DNA of 63,763 nucleotides, the filler included, from Collodictyon triciliatum (Eukaryota), in the NCBI GenBank assembly GCA_043381765.1. It is 7 parts of 7 records of this genome, joined end to end, with 100 filler letters (N's around TTAATTAATTAA, not from the genome) between each part and the next. Parts side by side here need not be neighbours in the genome. Positions count along the whole stretch, not along the records: positions 1 to 11,591 come from JBHJMP010002358.1; positions 11,692 to 23,276 come from JBHJMP010002361.1; positions 23,377 to 34,960 come from JBHJMP010002362.1; 4 more parts are not named here. The stretch is one strand, 5' to 3'. Both the position numbers and the translations under genes were made by a program. Numbering within the stretch: the stretch's first letter is position 1; every line of letters starts with the position of its first letter. The notes under the pieces were generated by a model that made no database searches, had not been told where the DNA came from, and saw nothing but the letters and a program-made list of their open reading frames with translations. Of the stretch, positions 1 to 23,829 are shown piece by piece.

Positions 1-332
1 CTTTTTTTCTTTTTTTCTTTTTTTCTTTTTTTCTTTTGAGAATATATGTATGCTTCTTTGCACTCCCTCAGCCCCTTAAGGCGACAGGCAAATGCCGAGA
101 AACAAGCCCTCGTTCTCGAGTGCGAGAAGCAGGCAGCCTCCGCCAAGCTGCGGGCAAATCTCTGCAAGTCGCCTGTGCAGCACAGTCTTTGTTGCTGCTG
201 TTCAAACTCTTACGTAATGGCTTTACACAACCACAGGTGACTGAAAACAAAGGAAAATAAGCGAGCCATTTAATTCGGGAGCCACGCCGAAAGAAAAAAT
301 AAGAACAACCAAATATATTGCAAAGCAATAAG

Positions 333-368
<36 letters not shown>

Positions 369-625
369 GGGGAAAAAAGGGAGAGAGAGAGAAAAAAAGA
401 AAAAGAAAAAGAAAAAGAAAAAGAAAAAGAAAGGCTGTGCAATCAACTAAAAACGAAAAAAAAAAATTGGATAGAAGCTACACATGAGGTCTGTCTTAAG
501 CAGACACTTCCCAGACTAAAGCAGCCAGACTGCCGGATAACACGCTGCTTGGTGGGTACAGAAATTGGCGCCTTATCCGATAGCCAAACACACAGACACA
601 CGAACACACAAACACGCACCCGGAC

Positions 626-700
626 GCATCCCACCGGCTTCGAACCAGAGTGACTCGCATATATTCTTCCAGCGCGCTGCGCCACATCCGGCTACGCAGA
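626..700 (-). other. Possible degenerate tRNA-like / Pol III (SINE-like) element
   Basis: Minus strand has an A-box-like TAGCCGGATGTGG starting at 694 and a B-box GGTTCGAAGCC at 646-636 inside a T-arm-like stem (CTGG-TTCGAAG-CCGG), at roughly tRNA spacing. The acceptor stem does not pair. Confidence 0.2.
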
Positions 701-1292
701 GATAAAGGCGACGTTCTAATAATAGCCCGCGCCTCGCGGTGGGGCTGATTGGGTACCGTACTTGCACGCCCATCCGGGCCCAGACCCCAATGCGTTCATT
801 CCGAGCCTAATCTGGGATTGCGACTAATTTGCAAAAGGCGGCCATGTTCGTGTCATCAGACGCTGGACAAGTTGGGCGATGAACGTTTGTTTTTTTGGCA
901 GGTGCGCAGGTATATGTTTTCGCTGCCTGAGCGAGATGGCGCTTCGGTCTGGATGTCAAGATGAAGGCTAACGCTCGCGTAGTAGGTGGGAGTAGGGTCT
1001 GTCCCTTGCATTGCTCGGCTTCTACTTTTGCCACTTGTTCTGTTCAGAAACCATAATATGTTTTGTATCGCAATACTTGTTTTTTTTTGTTTTGTTTTTT
1101 TTTCGTTTTTTGTTTTTTTGTTTTTTGTTTTTATTATCTGTGCTCTCTGTAATTTCCTATCTTTCTTTTCTCGTTTTGTCTTGCTGTCTGTCGTTTGGTT
1201 TTGGTTGGTCTGGAGAGGGGCTCTGAATCGGCGCGTCATGCTGCCCATTGAGGCAGACCATTGATTAATCGTGTCTCTCCCAGAGAGCAACC

Positions 1293-4200
1293 ATGGACAA
1301 CTCCCTTCGATGGGTTTTCTCCCTGTCTGACATGCATTCCTTTCCAACACCCACACACACACCCGGATCATCTCCAAAAACTGTCGCACCGAGAAGGCTG
1401 GGCGAGGCTTCTCATCATGACGAGGTTTGTAAAAATCCCCTGGTTCTTTTACTTTTACTTCTACTTTTTCTTTTTCTTTTTCTTTTACTTTTACTTTTAC
1501 TTTTAATTTTACTTTTACTTTTACTTTTACTTTTAATTTTACTTTTAATTTTACTTTTAATTTTACTTTTAATTTTACTTTTAATTTTACTTTTAATTTT
1601 ACTTTTAATTTTTCTTTGACTTTCTGGTGTTAGCGCGTGTAATTTAGTGTTTATAATTTGATAGGGAGGTGAGTGTGTGCGTTGTGTCGAATACCAGAAG
1701 GAAATTCAACAGCTTCAAAAGCAGGTGGCTTATACTTGCCTTGGTCTATTTTTTTGTCTTCATATTTTGTTTCCGGGTTGCCTTTTTATTTCACTTCTCT
1801 TTCCTTTCTTTCATGTACACTTATATTTTACGTAGAAAATTGATTATGTCGTATCCATTTGTTGGTGATTGAATAGCATCGTGAATATAATTGATACTCG
1901 TCGGGTTAATTCTTTTCATTAATCTTGAATCGTAAGATGAGAAAGTTATTGATGAAACTCAAGTCCGGGGCAGTGACTGATTCTTCTATTTCAACTGGTC
2001 AAACATTAACTGATTCTTTTCCAGCACATGAGCTGTACGGAAATTCCTATCACATAAACCAAAGTATGAAACAGATTAATCAATATGTTTTTCATCGATC
2101 AATATCTAAAGAATAAAGAATATTATTTTATACTGTTTTTTAACTTTCCGATTACCATGTTTAATTGTTTTTGTGGAAATTAATTCCACTATTAGGTCTT
2201 GCCTCTATTTTGCACCAAGTAGGATTGCGCGCAAAAGCTATCGCAGCATCTCAGAAATGTCACATCTACATACTGGACCCGAGTTACCCCCAAACGATGT
2301 TCTTTGTAAAATCAGAGAGACTTGAACTACCTCCAAGGTATACTCGTGCTGAGTGACACTGCGCTCAAATATTACCCCAACCACTTACACGTATATACTG
2401 TTATACTTGTATCCGTTTGATATTATGGCCATCGTTTCCTTTTAGTTTTGTTATTTTTCTAATTTTTGATTTTATTTTAATTTGTGACTTATTTTATTTT
2501 TATCATCTCCTGAAAACAGCGACTACGAAGTGACTGGTTCTCCTGTTTCTGGACTTGCAGGATCAGTCGTTTATTCTGGGAAGACAATATTTGAAGCAAG
2601 TCCCAACGGGAATCCGCTCTTCAACACCCGATTCGACTTATACGAGAGCGGTTTTTTTAATTCTTTCTCTTTTTTCTTTTTATTATCCCCTAAATTATTC
2701 TTGGTGTATTAGTTATCGCCCAACTTCTTATTCATGTAAGGAAATTGCATCTACGATTTCTTTTTTCCCTTCATTCGATCCGAGGCCTTGGCCCCATGAA
2801 GTTTTTTTTAAAGAAAAAAACTAATATATGGATGTTTGTCTAGAACCTACCATATATGTGCCTGTTATTCTGTCTTCAGCATATGACATCCTCCCGGATG
2901 ATATCATTGACCATTCCAACTCTATGAATGTGCAAGCTGTACTCGTCTTATCTGGTTCGGTATCATACATAAATATCAAACAGAAATATTTTTATCATAA
3001 AAGCATATCTGCATTAACGACAGTAATAATACAATACCAGGTAAGGTAAGAAAGAGCACTTTTGAGAATGACTCTCGTGCAAAACTCGATAGTTTCAGTC
3101 AGCATGTATCCATTTTGCTGCGTAGTTATTTTGAAGAAAACGTGCCGAGACAACAAGGAACGCCACAAAAGGTATTTGTTGAGTTACGCCGCTACCTATT
3201 GACTCATTAAAATATTTTATCTTTTTCTTTCTGTTTCTTCTTTTGCAACACGTGTTTGTTGTTTGATGAGCTCTGTACGCAAGTCAACAGAAATTTTTAC
3301 GTAATACTCATAGTTGGATTTTCTTACTTTCATATAAAAAAAAGGCACCTAAATCAAGAGACATAAGCCTGGTGCTGAAAGCCTCTGAAAGCGTTTTGGA
3401 CGCAGATATTTGCAATTTGTTTGTCGTAGATGAAAAAAAACAAGAACTTTGTCTAATAAAACAGATGAAGCAAACAGCGTGGTCAAAAGTATATGAATAA
3501 CTATTTTTAAGAAAAATGATTCGTTGCATATTGTCAGTTTTTCCCTTCATTTTCAAGTTTGTATTTCTTTTTTATTTCACCCACCCCCTAATCAGTTTCA
3601 GGTGTTTGTATCTGTATTCTGCTTTATCTCCTCACACTCGGTATTTTGCACACTTGCTAGATTTTCAACGATGATGGAGATGCCTCCACTGATATTATTC
3701 GCATCCCCATCACTACGGGTATTGCAGGATCTACGGCACGAACGTAATTATCTAATTGAAGTTGTCCCTTCTCCTCTGTGGATACAAAGAAAAATTGCAG
3801 AAGATAATCTTTATATTCAGCGATATTATATCACAAGAATGCCATGAAAGCCCTTTTTTCTTTTTTCTTTTTTTCTTTTTTAATATATCTACTGTCCACT
3901 TATGTGTAGGGGTCAAGTATCAAATGTTCCCGATGCTTACATGGATAAACGTTTCAACAAGGAGGTTCTGTATAATCACTTCTTTTTTTTCTTAACAATA
4001 GATACATATCCTAATTGAATATAAGAAAATTCCAGTAAAGACTGATTAGAATATCGTTAATTCATTTTTTATGTTTCTTTGCACACAGATTGATAAGAAA
4101 ACTGGCTATCGCACGAAGACTGTGTTAGCTGTTCCTGCCAAAAAAGGTTTGCTATGGCCCAAGAATAATATATGTTCTGAAGAAGAATCAAAAATTGTAG

Positions 4201-7200
4201 CTAATAATATATGTTGTAATTTGTTCTGATTAGTACCACCCCTTTTTTTTCTCCTTTTTTTCAGGAAGTAAAGTAGTTGGTGTATTGCAGGTATCGAATA
4301 CTGTAATACGAATTCAATGCCTTAAGTAGTCCTTTTTTTTTATCTGAACTCATGTATGTATGCAAGGCAATCAATAAAAAGTCTGGGGATAAATTCACGT
4401 CTGTGGATGAGTCTCTTCTGCTTCTGGTAGGACAGTTCATTTCAAATTCAATTGACGGCTCAGCCCAAGGTCCGTATCACACTTCGTTCTGGTTCTCTTT
4501 ATGTCGCACAGCGCTGTTGTATCTCTTTTCACTCTATTTTTGAGACTCTTGAACAAAATTATGAATCAGGGTCGGCGATTTTGTAAAATATTAATTGTAG
4601 TGGACAAGATGCAAATCATCTTTGATGCCGCGAATGAAATGAACACAGCTTCTCATTCAGTAATGGCTATTCTTGATTCGCTTAGAAATTCATATATTCA
4701 TACCTTACTAACTCTTGATTGTCAGAATATTTCGAATTTAATTCGCACGGCGCTACAAAGAGCGAAGTAAGACGAAATGAATAATATAATAGTGATAATA
4801 TTCCCAGTATCACTCTGAACGATATGACTAAATAGACATGGATACAATTGTGTATCTAAAAGAAAAATAGCAAAAGTAGACAACAAACAAGCATATGCGC
4901 CCTAATGCTATTTTATTACATCATTCTAATTTATTTTTTTGTTTTATCTTTATTATGAATTCATTTTTTATTTTTTACAAAATTACTAGGCAACTCCTGT
5001 CCTCTGATAAATGCACCCTGTTTTTGCTAGACCATGACGCAGATGAGCTCTAGTTACTTTTTAGAACAATGCCTGCAACGTGTGTGCCTGTATCTAATGT
5101 TTCAAAATAGCTTTCAACACACCCCGGACACTCCAGAGCTGCGAATTCCCAAGTCAACTGGTATTGCTGGATATGTAGCTTCCACTGGAGAAGCATTGAA
5201 TATTAGAAATGCCTATGAAGTAATCTATAAGCATAGTCTTTTGAAAATAAAACAGCATAAAAATTAACATGTTCCTTTCAACCTATCATGTAATACTCAT
5301 TTTCAGTAAATGTACAGGACATAAGATTCAACCGCGATATTGATGAAAAAACTGGCTATAAGACCAGAGGGATTTTATGTGTTCCGTTGATATCAGAGGT
5401 TACCTTCTTTTTTTTCTTTTTTTTCTTTTTTTCTTTTTTTTCTTTTTTTCTTTTTTTCTTTTTTTCTTTTTTTCTTTTTTTCTTTTTTTCTTTTTTTCTT
5501 TTTTTCTTTTTTTCTTTTGAATATATTTCAATTCATGTATATATATGTTTCTGTCAAGCTGTTATCAAAGTTGTCCTATAGTGAAAAGACACCTATATAT
5601 TTATATTTGTAATTTATGTTGGTAAAAAGAAAAATACATGTTAAAATAAAAAAAGGAGGGGGAAATTGTTGGAGTTCTGCAGGCTGTGAACAAACTCGGG
5701 GTTGATGCAGAAGCATCCTTCACTGCTGAAGACATGAGGCTTCTACGTGTCTTTGCCCGCCAAGTAAAAATTTTCAATCTTCGTGTGTGTCGAAATATGT
5801 GATTATTATAAAGTTAATGTAAGTGTGTAAGACCAACGATATATGTTTTCAATTTTTACAGACAGCAACGGCTATACAAAGCTTCAAGTCGGTTCAAAAT
5901 ATGAGAGAAGTATATGAAGCTTGTCAAGCAGTCAGGTGAGTTCGAAGACGGAACAAACATAAAGAAATATAATATTCCTGCATTAAGTTGTGTTCTCTTT
6001 TATGGTAGTTCAAATCTCGAACTTCGACCAATGATGGTAGCGATGATGGAATATGCCAAAAAACTTCTTCATTCTGACATTTGTAATGTTTTTTTGGTGG
6101 ATGAAAAAAATCAAGAGGTAAAGATTCGTTAAAAGAAAACTGCATAATTTTTATGACATATTTTTTCTATTACGCTCTTTCGGTCGTATAGGACATTTGT
6201 TCTTTAGAGAAATAATCATCAATTGATATTATCTTTATTGAACAGCTTCGCTCAATTATCCCCCACGGAGACATCAATGAAATACGTATTCCAATGACAG
6301 AAGGCCTTGCAGCTCATACCGCAATTCATAATGAAGTTGTTAATGTGCCTGACGCATATATGGTGTGTATTATTCTATAATATTATATTATCTTTTATTA
6401 TCTGTTATTATCTTTTATTATCTTTTATTATCTTTTATTATCTTTTATTATCTTTTATTATCTTTTATTATCTTTTATTATCTTTTATTATCTTTTATTA
6501 TCTTTTATTTTGTGCTGACTGACTCGCAATTCTCAACTCTTTTACTCAAGGATACCCGATTCAATAAATCTATCGATGAGAAGACTGGCTATAGAACAAA
6601 AACCGTTCTTTGTGTGCCTATAAGTAATAAGGTTTGCATATCCGAAGTTACTTGTTTTCAATTCCAGTGGAGTAATTTATTTTATTATTTCTTTTGCATG
6701 AATCGCCCGATTTACATTTGATCATCTATTTGTTGGCTGGTGTGAATATTATATATATATTATATACATTTATTAATTATGTTTAGGATGGAAACGTTGT
6801 GGGAGTAATACAAGCCATCAATAAGAAAGGAAGTAGACCTTTCTTGGAATCTGATATAAATACCCTTTCTGTCTTCTCTTCGCAGGTGTTTTTCTATTAC
6901 TCTTAAACACATTTCCAAACGTTTCTTGCAAATCTATTAATGGCACTGTATAAAATGATTCGATTATAAATTATGGTTTATTCTCTCCTCATTAGTGTGC
7001 CGTTGCAATTGAAAATAATATTCTATTTGACAATGTTAACAACATGAAAGTCTTCCTTGATTCACTCTTCGAATCACTTCCGCTACTCGTGATGACTTTT
7101 GATGAAGATGGAACTTTGAAGACTTGCAATAATACCAACATCTCAGAAAATCTTTTGCAAATTACCAAGGCATGTTCATAGCTTTATTTTCATCAAATAA

Positions 7201-9267
7201 TTATATAAAAAAAAATAAGAGGAGGGGATTCTTAAGATATCAATTAATTGATTTTCTGTCATCCTTTGCGTCTTGGTGTACTAAAAAAAAAAAAAAAGAT
7301 TCACAATGTTTATATCCTGTGGATGCACACGTTAATGTCTAGGATGACCTCGAAACAAAGTTCCAAGATTGGACCTTGCAAGCTGAAATATGTCCACAGC
7401 TTATTGAGGCTTTGAATGATATTCACAACGGCGATAGGAATAGTGTTTGTCAAAGAGACATTTCGCTGCCCCATATCGAAGGGCATGTCAACTTTGAGGC
7501 AATCCCATTCCATTTGGTCAACAGAGCGTCTCTAGCTGAGTCCATCCATACCCTTTTGATTATGGAAGATATCACCCCGGAAAAGGTACCAGCTTGCATT
7601 TAAATATAGTATATACTGTTTTTGTGGCAGACCAAAGAATGTGTGAGTTCAACAGAATAATGCAGTATTATGGTATGTCAACCTGTTGTAATTCATTTTC
7701 TAAATATCGGGGGAAATCAGAGACTGGCAACCACCCTTGGACGCTACCTTAGTCCAGCTGTTGCTCAAAAAGTCATAAGCGATAGTCAGTCATATACCAT
7801 AGTAGTCAATATATAATTTATAGATTAACATGTGTTTATGATTTTAATTTTCGAACTGATTTAGCTTATGACCAAAACATCTTGGAGGGAGTTCGTCAAA
7901 AAATGACGTACATGTTTTCTGATATTAGAGGTATGACACCTGCTCTTAAATATAATGGCATATTTTGCTTAGCATTTCGCCTTTTCTTTTTAGGCTTTAC
8001 CTCGTTTAGCGAGAAGATGGATGCACATGGTGTTGTAGACCTTTTGAATGCTTACTTTACGCATCAAGTGGAATCTATTCTCAGTAACTCTGGAATTGTA
8101 GACAAAGTAAGTAGCCTGTAAATAATGAGTCTGGTTTATTAAATTGTATTATACTTTCTTCTTTTCTTTTTTTTTTTTTTCGTTTATTTGATTGCAGGCA
8201 TGGATTGTTTAATAAGGTCTCGCGGTGTCTAATAACAATATTCAATTAAAACATGTTCTAGTTTATAGGAGATGCCATTATGGCTGTCTTTGGGTCTCCA
8301 TATCCTGGCGTGAAGGACGCTCGAAACTGTTGCCTCGCAGCTTTGGCTATGGTTGCTAACCTAGAAATGTTTAATCAAGAACGTAGTAGACAAGGCGTGG
8401 AACCAAAGTCGATTGGAATTGGAATAGGGATAAATACTGGAGATGTATTGTTTTATCATATTATTCCCAATACTATGCGATGGGATTAGGTGTTCTGGGG
8501 AATGTATTAAATGGGCATTTCGAATATTTCACTACTCCCGTTATTGTTGTTTATTATTTATTATTAAAAAAAAATAAAGGCTATCTGCGGTAACATTGGA
8601 TCAATGGACCGCTACGATTTCACAGTTATTGGTGATTCGGTGAATCTCGCCAGTCGTCTAGAGGGACTGTGCAAGATATACAAAACGAATATTTTGATTA
8701 CAGAATCTACATACCGAGAAATATCTTCAGGTACTCAGTCATTATGTACATTTATTTTAAAACAATAATAATATATTTCATTGTATTATGTTGAATCCAT
8801 TATATCTAAACACTACTCCATGGCGTTGTAGAATTTGTTGTGCGAGACTTGGACGTTGTTCGGGTTGCTGGAAAGAATAAGCCTGTTCGAATTTATGAAC
8901 TTTTGGGTCAAACACCTGGTCCAAATTGCAGATTCCCTGTCCCTGAGAAGATTCAGTCTGTTTTGAGTACCTTTGAGAAAGGTCGCGACTTATACAGAGA
9001 TGCACGATTCGCCAACGCTAAGGTTGCTGTCATTGAGTATTTGCAAAATTTTGCTGTCTTTAGAAAAGAAGCCTCCAAATTATTTTAAGGTGTCGCCACA
9101 CTACTCAAAATGTATTATTATGTAATTAAATAATAAAGGATGTGCTTCAGCCCATTGCTGCCTTTGACACTGTGGCCCGCGTCTATCTCAGTCGCATTGA
9201 TGAATTAATTGCCCAAAATCTGGACAAGAAATCGTGGGACGGAGTGACAGACTATGGTTTCAAGTAA
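1293..9267 (+). CDS. Multi-exon adenylyl cyclase with one degenerate GAF, three GAFs, PAS-like region, class IIIb catalytic domain and TPR-like tail (cyanobacterial CyaB-like architecture)
   Basis: Spliced exons give repeated GAF motifs (RIPxxTGIAG, DAYxDxRFNxxIDxKTGYxTxxxLxVP, VGVLQAINK..F..DE). Catalytic motifs: [77 protein letters not shown]-terminus [11 protein letters not shown] with stop TAA at 9265-9267. Start ATG at 1293 is inferred. Confidence 0.92.
6385..6505. repeat. 10-nt repeat (TCTTTTATTA)n in a cyclase intron
   Basis: Direct tandem array. Confidence 0.9.
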
Positions 9268-10193
9268 TCTCCACTCTCAATGACCTCCTTCTCTGTGCTC
9301 TTTCACAATAAGAGCTTTTCAATTTGCTATCGAGCAACAAAGGTGACAACCTATGTCACCTTTTTGCTTTCATGGTGGGCAGTCAGGAGAAAATATATAA
9401 AAAAAAATGACAAGAGAAGGAGCATTTAGCGAATAAAAATTTTAAATCTGCCCATTATCGAAATATTGGAATCCGAAGAACACTTATTTTAGATCTTTGC
9501 ATATTTTTATTTATGCACTACTTCCTTTGTATTTCACGTTGTTATGTAAGTAAAATGTTCATAAAAAGAAAGGAAAGATTTAAAAAGACAGAGTCATCCA
9601 TACATCCATCCATCCATCCATCCATACATCCATCCCCATAGGCTCGGAACTTTGGGCAAAGGGCAGAGAAAGACACAGCCCTGTGGGATTGCCATCTAGA
9701 TACATATTAGGTTATAGATTGCACATGACCCAAACTCACACCACAAACCTCCTGGCCCAAAGCAATGTGGGTGTCGCATCAACACGGTGGTTTCGTGATC
9801 GGCTAGAGCAAGCAAGAAACGAAAGGGCTTTGACTCCATTCCTTGCCGAGCGACAGAGTTATGCCTGAAACTATATGTGTTTATCGACATTGCGACACAT
9901 CGCTTCTTTTTGTGCCTCAATTCTCTGCACAGTGATTGAAAGGGTATGGCTGCTACGTTCGGTGACCCCTGTAGCAAACACAACGGAAATAACAATAATA
10001 ATCCCAACAACAACNNNNNNNNNNNNNNNNNNNNNNNNNNNNNNNNNNNNNNNNNNNNNNNNNNNNNNNNNNNNNNNNNNNNNNNNNNNNNNNNNNNNNN
10101 NNNNNNNNNNNNNNNNNNNNNNNNNNNNNNNNNNNNNNNNNNNNNNNNNNNNNNNNNNNNNNNNNNNNNNNNNTATGTATGTATGTATGTATG

Positions 10194-10224
<31 letters not shown>

Positions 10225-10364
10225 CAGCACCATTAACCAATTCACGGTGCATGTTGTGCCATGCTATATCCTTTTTTATTGTATAATCGACCGTTATGCG
10301 TGGCTCGAGTGTAACATAATTCACAGCTTAGGAAGAAAATCGGACCAGACTCTAAACCGAGGTC

Positions 10365-11171
10365 ATGTCAAGCAGAATTTCGCGATGTAGAATCCCGGGC
10401 AGCTGCAAAGGACGCGACTCATCTTTGCAACAGTTTGAGAGCCAAGAGGATGATGAAGGTGTACAATATGGTACTGAAGAATTGGATGAATCGACGGGCT
10501 GGAAGCATGGAAAAGGAGGAGACCTGAAGGATAACAGTTTTGAAGCTATCAAAGTTGGTGATGAAGGCGATGATGAAGGCGACGATGAAAGTGGTGATGA
10601 AGGTGGTGATGACGGTGGTGATGAAGGTGATGATGAAGGTGATGATGAAGGTGATGATGAAGGTGATGAGGAAGGTGATGAGGAAGGTGATGAGGAAGGT
10701 GATGAGGAAGACAATGAGGAAGACAATGAGGAAGGCAATGAGGAAGGCAATGAGGAAGGCAATGAGGAAGGCAATGAGGAAGGCAATGAGGAAGGCAATG
10801 ATGAAAGCGATGGCTACAGTAAACAAGAACATAATGCAACAGAGAAGAAAAACATCAAGGATGAGCAGTTTGATAACAGAGTCAACAAGAACTCCTCAAA
10901 CAAAGGACCTTCTACATCAGAATATAGTACAAATAGTGTTGGCGACCACAGGACTCAGAGCGGCATGCCGTCGACAAATCCTACAGCGAACCCTACAACA
11001 AATCGAACCCCTCGTGAGGAACGCGCGTCCTTCGTATCCTTTGTGGTTAACGTCGTGTTCGTGATGACTGCTGTCCTGATAGTTAATGAGTACTGGACTG
11101 ATGGTCCGTTTAAATTTTCATCATGTAAGTATCACCTCAAAACTTTTTTATGGAACCAGACCCCTCCATAA
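10365..11171 (+). CDS. Uncharacterised acidic low-complexity protein exon (DEGD/EEGN repeats) with a C-terminal hydrophobic segment
   Basis: 268-codon ORF with non-repetitive flanks, a 12-nt GATGAAGGTGAT-type codon repeat, a TM-like stretch FVSFVVNVVFVMTAVLIV, and a GTAAGT donor near 11125. No family recognised. Confidence 0.35.
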   Translation: MSSRISRCRIPGSCKGRDSSLQQFESQEDDEGVQYGTEELDESTGWKHGKGGDLKDNSFEAIKVGDEGDDEGDDESGDEGGDDGGDEGDDEGDDEGDDEGDEEGDEEGDEEGDEEDNEEDNEEGNEEGNEEGNEEGNEEGNEEGNDESDGYSKQEHNATEKKNIKDEQFDNRVNKNSSNKGPSTSEYSTNSVGDHRTQSGMPSTNPTANPTTNRTPREERASFVSFVVNVVFVMTAVLIVNEYWTDGPFKFSSCKYHLKTFLWNQTPP

Positions 11172-11538
11172 TCTAGAGGGGGAAAAGGAGTCGATTTTTA
11201 TTTAATTTTAAATGACTGTTTCTTATTTATGCTTGAACAGTCACCTTTTTTTTCCTTTATTCGATTCAAAGTGAACAGTCCCCTTTTTAAAATAATAATG
11301 ATCATGTATTTTTTTCTATGTATTTTAGAACATTTCTTTACTCAACTAAAAAGCACCTTTTTATTGATATTCATACTAAAGTTAAGACATTTATGGAATA
11401 CTGAAGATAAAAAATCTGTTTTTTTAAAATACGTCAAAATATTTTGCTCTGTGATATATTTATTTTGATATTCAATCATCGAATTTACATTACATCGCTT
11501 TCCAATCATTCACAGGATTTATACCCTATTTCTTTCAA

Positions 11539-11591
<53 letters not shown>

Positions 11592-11691
11592 NNNNNNNNN
11601 NNNNNNNNNNNNNNNNNNNNNNNNNNNNNNNNNNNTTAATTAATTAANNNNNNNNNNNNNNNNNNNNNNNNNNNNNNNNNNNNNNNNNNNN
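11592..11691. other. Artificial contig linker N44-TTAATTAATTAA-N44 (core also at 23321, 35005, 46241, 57909 and 62610)
   Basis: Identical six-frame-stop 12-mer flanked by N runs occurs six times; genes are truncated at several of them. Confidence 0.97.
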
Positions 11692-11985
11692 AAAAAAAAC
11701 AAAAAAAAAAACAAAAAAACAAAAAACAAAAAAAACAAAAAACAAAAAACAAAAAACAAAAAAGAAAAAGAAAAAAGAAAAAACAAAAAGCAAAAAACAA
11801 TAAAGAAAAAACGGAAACGAAAAAGGAAAAGAGCATTCGCTGCGTCTAGCTTAACTTATGCCGACTTCCAGCATCACGACTTTCCCTTCTCCACACAACA
11901 CACACTCCTGCCCACCACCATCTTTTCCTCTCGTCTGATCCCGACTAAAAGTCAGTCTCCAAACAGGGCACAGACGCACTTGAAG

Positions 11986-23072
<11,087 letters not shown>

Positions 23073-23829
23073 AATTAATCCATTTTGCTCCACTGTCTGT
23101 TATTCACACAAAAAAAAAAAGGAAATGAAAAGGAAAAAGAGAAAGGAAAAAGGAAAAAGGAAAAAGGAAAAAAAGAAAAAAGAAAAAGGAAAAAGGAAAA
23201 AGGAAAAAGGAAAAAGGAAAAAGGAAAAAGGAAAAAGGAAAAAGGAAAAAGGAAAAAGGAAAAAGGAAAAAGGAAANNNNNNNNNNNNNNNNNNNNNNNN
23301 NNNNNNNNNNNNNNNNNNNNTTAATTAATTAANNNNNNNNNNNNNNNNNNNNNNNNNNNNNNNNNNNNNNNNNNNNTTTTTGTTTTTGTTTTTGTTTTTG
23401 TTTTTGTTTTTGTTTTTGTTTTTGTTTTTGTTTTTGTTTTTGTTTTTGTTTTTTTGTTGGGAATCTACAACCGCATGCTTTTCAATGAAGAAACCAAAAG
23501 GAATAAATTGAAATGTTCCATAAATTTCGGGTTTTGCGAATCACATTTTGATGGGACGAAGTAAAATGTTCATTGAATTTCAACTTTAAAATATATTCCT
23601 TCGCAGTTGCTTTCAATTTCAATCTAACGTTCATCAGAAAAATTACGTTCGATTTGGGATGTCAGTGAATCCCGCCACACGGAAAAATAAACACCCAAGT
23701 TTTGTTTCTTTGTGTGTGCAAGACAAAATTTCCAAATGTTGATATTTTCTATACCTCACAATATGAATAAATGTGGTCATCACACTTGGGAGACAGAGTT
23801 GGGATGAGCAATTAAAAAATCACAATGAA

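Noticed and set aside
36-260. Short GC-richer ORFs at the window start
   Set aside because: Could be an exon of a truncated gene, but no strand, frame or family could be supported.
11636-11647. Recurrent palindrome TTAATTAATTAA at roughly 11.6 kb spacing
   Set aside because: Always embedded in N runs; an assembly spacer with stops in all six frames.
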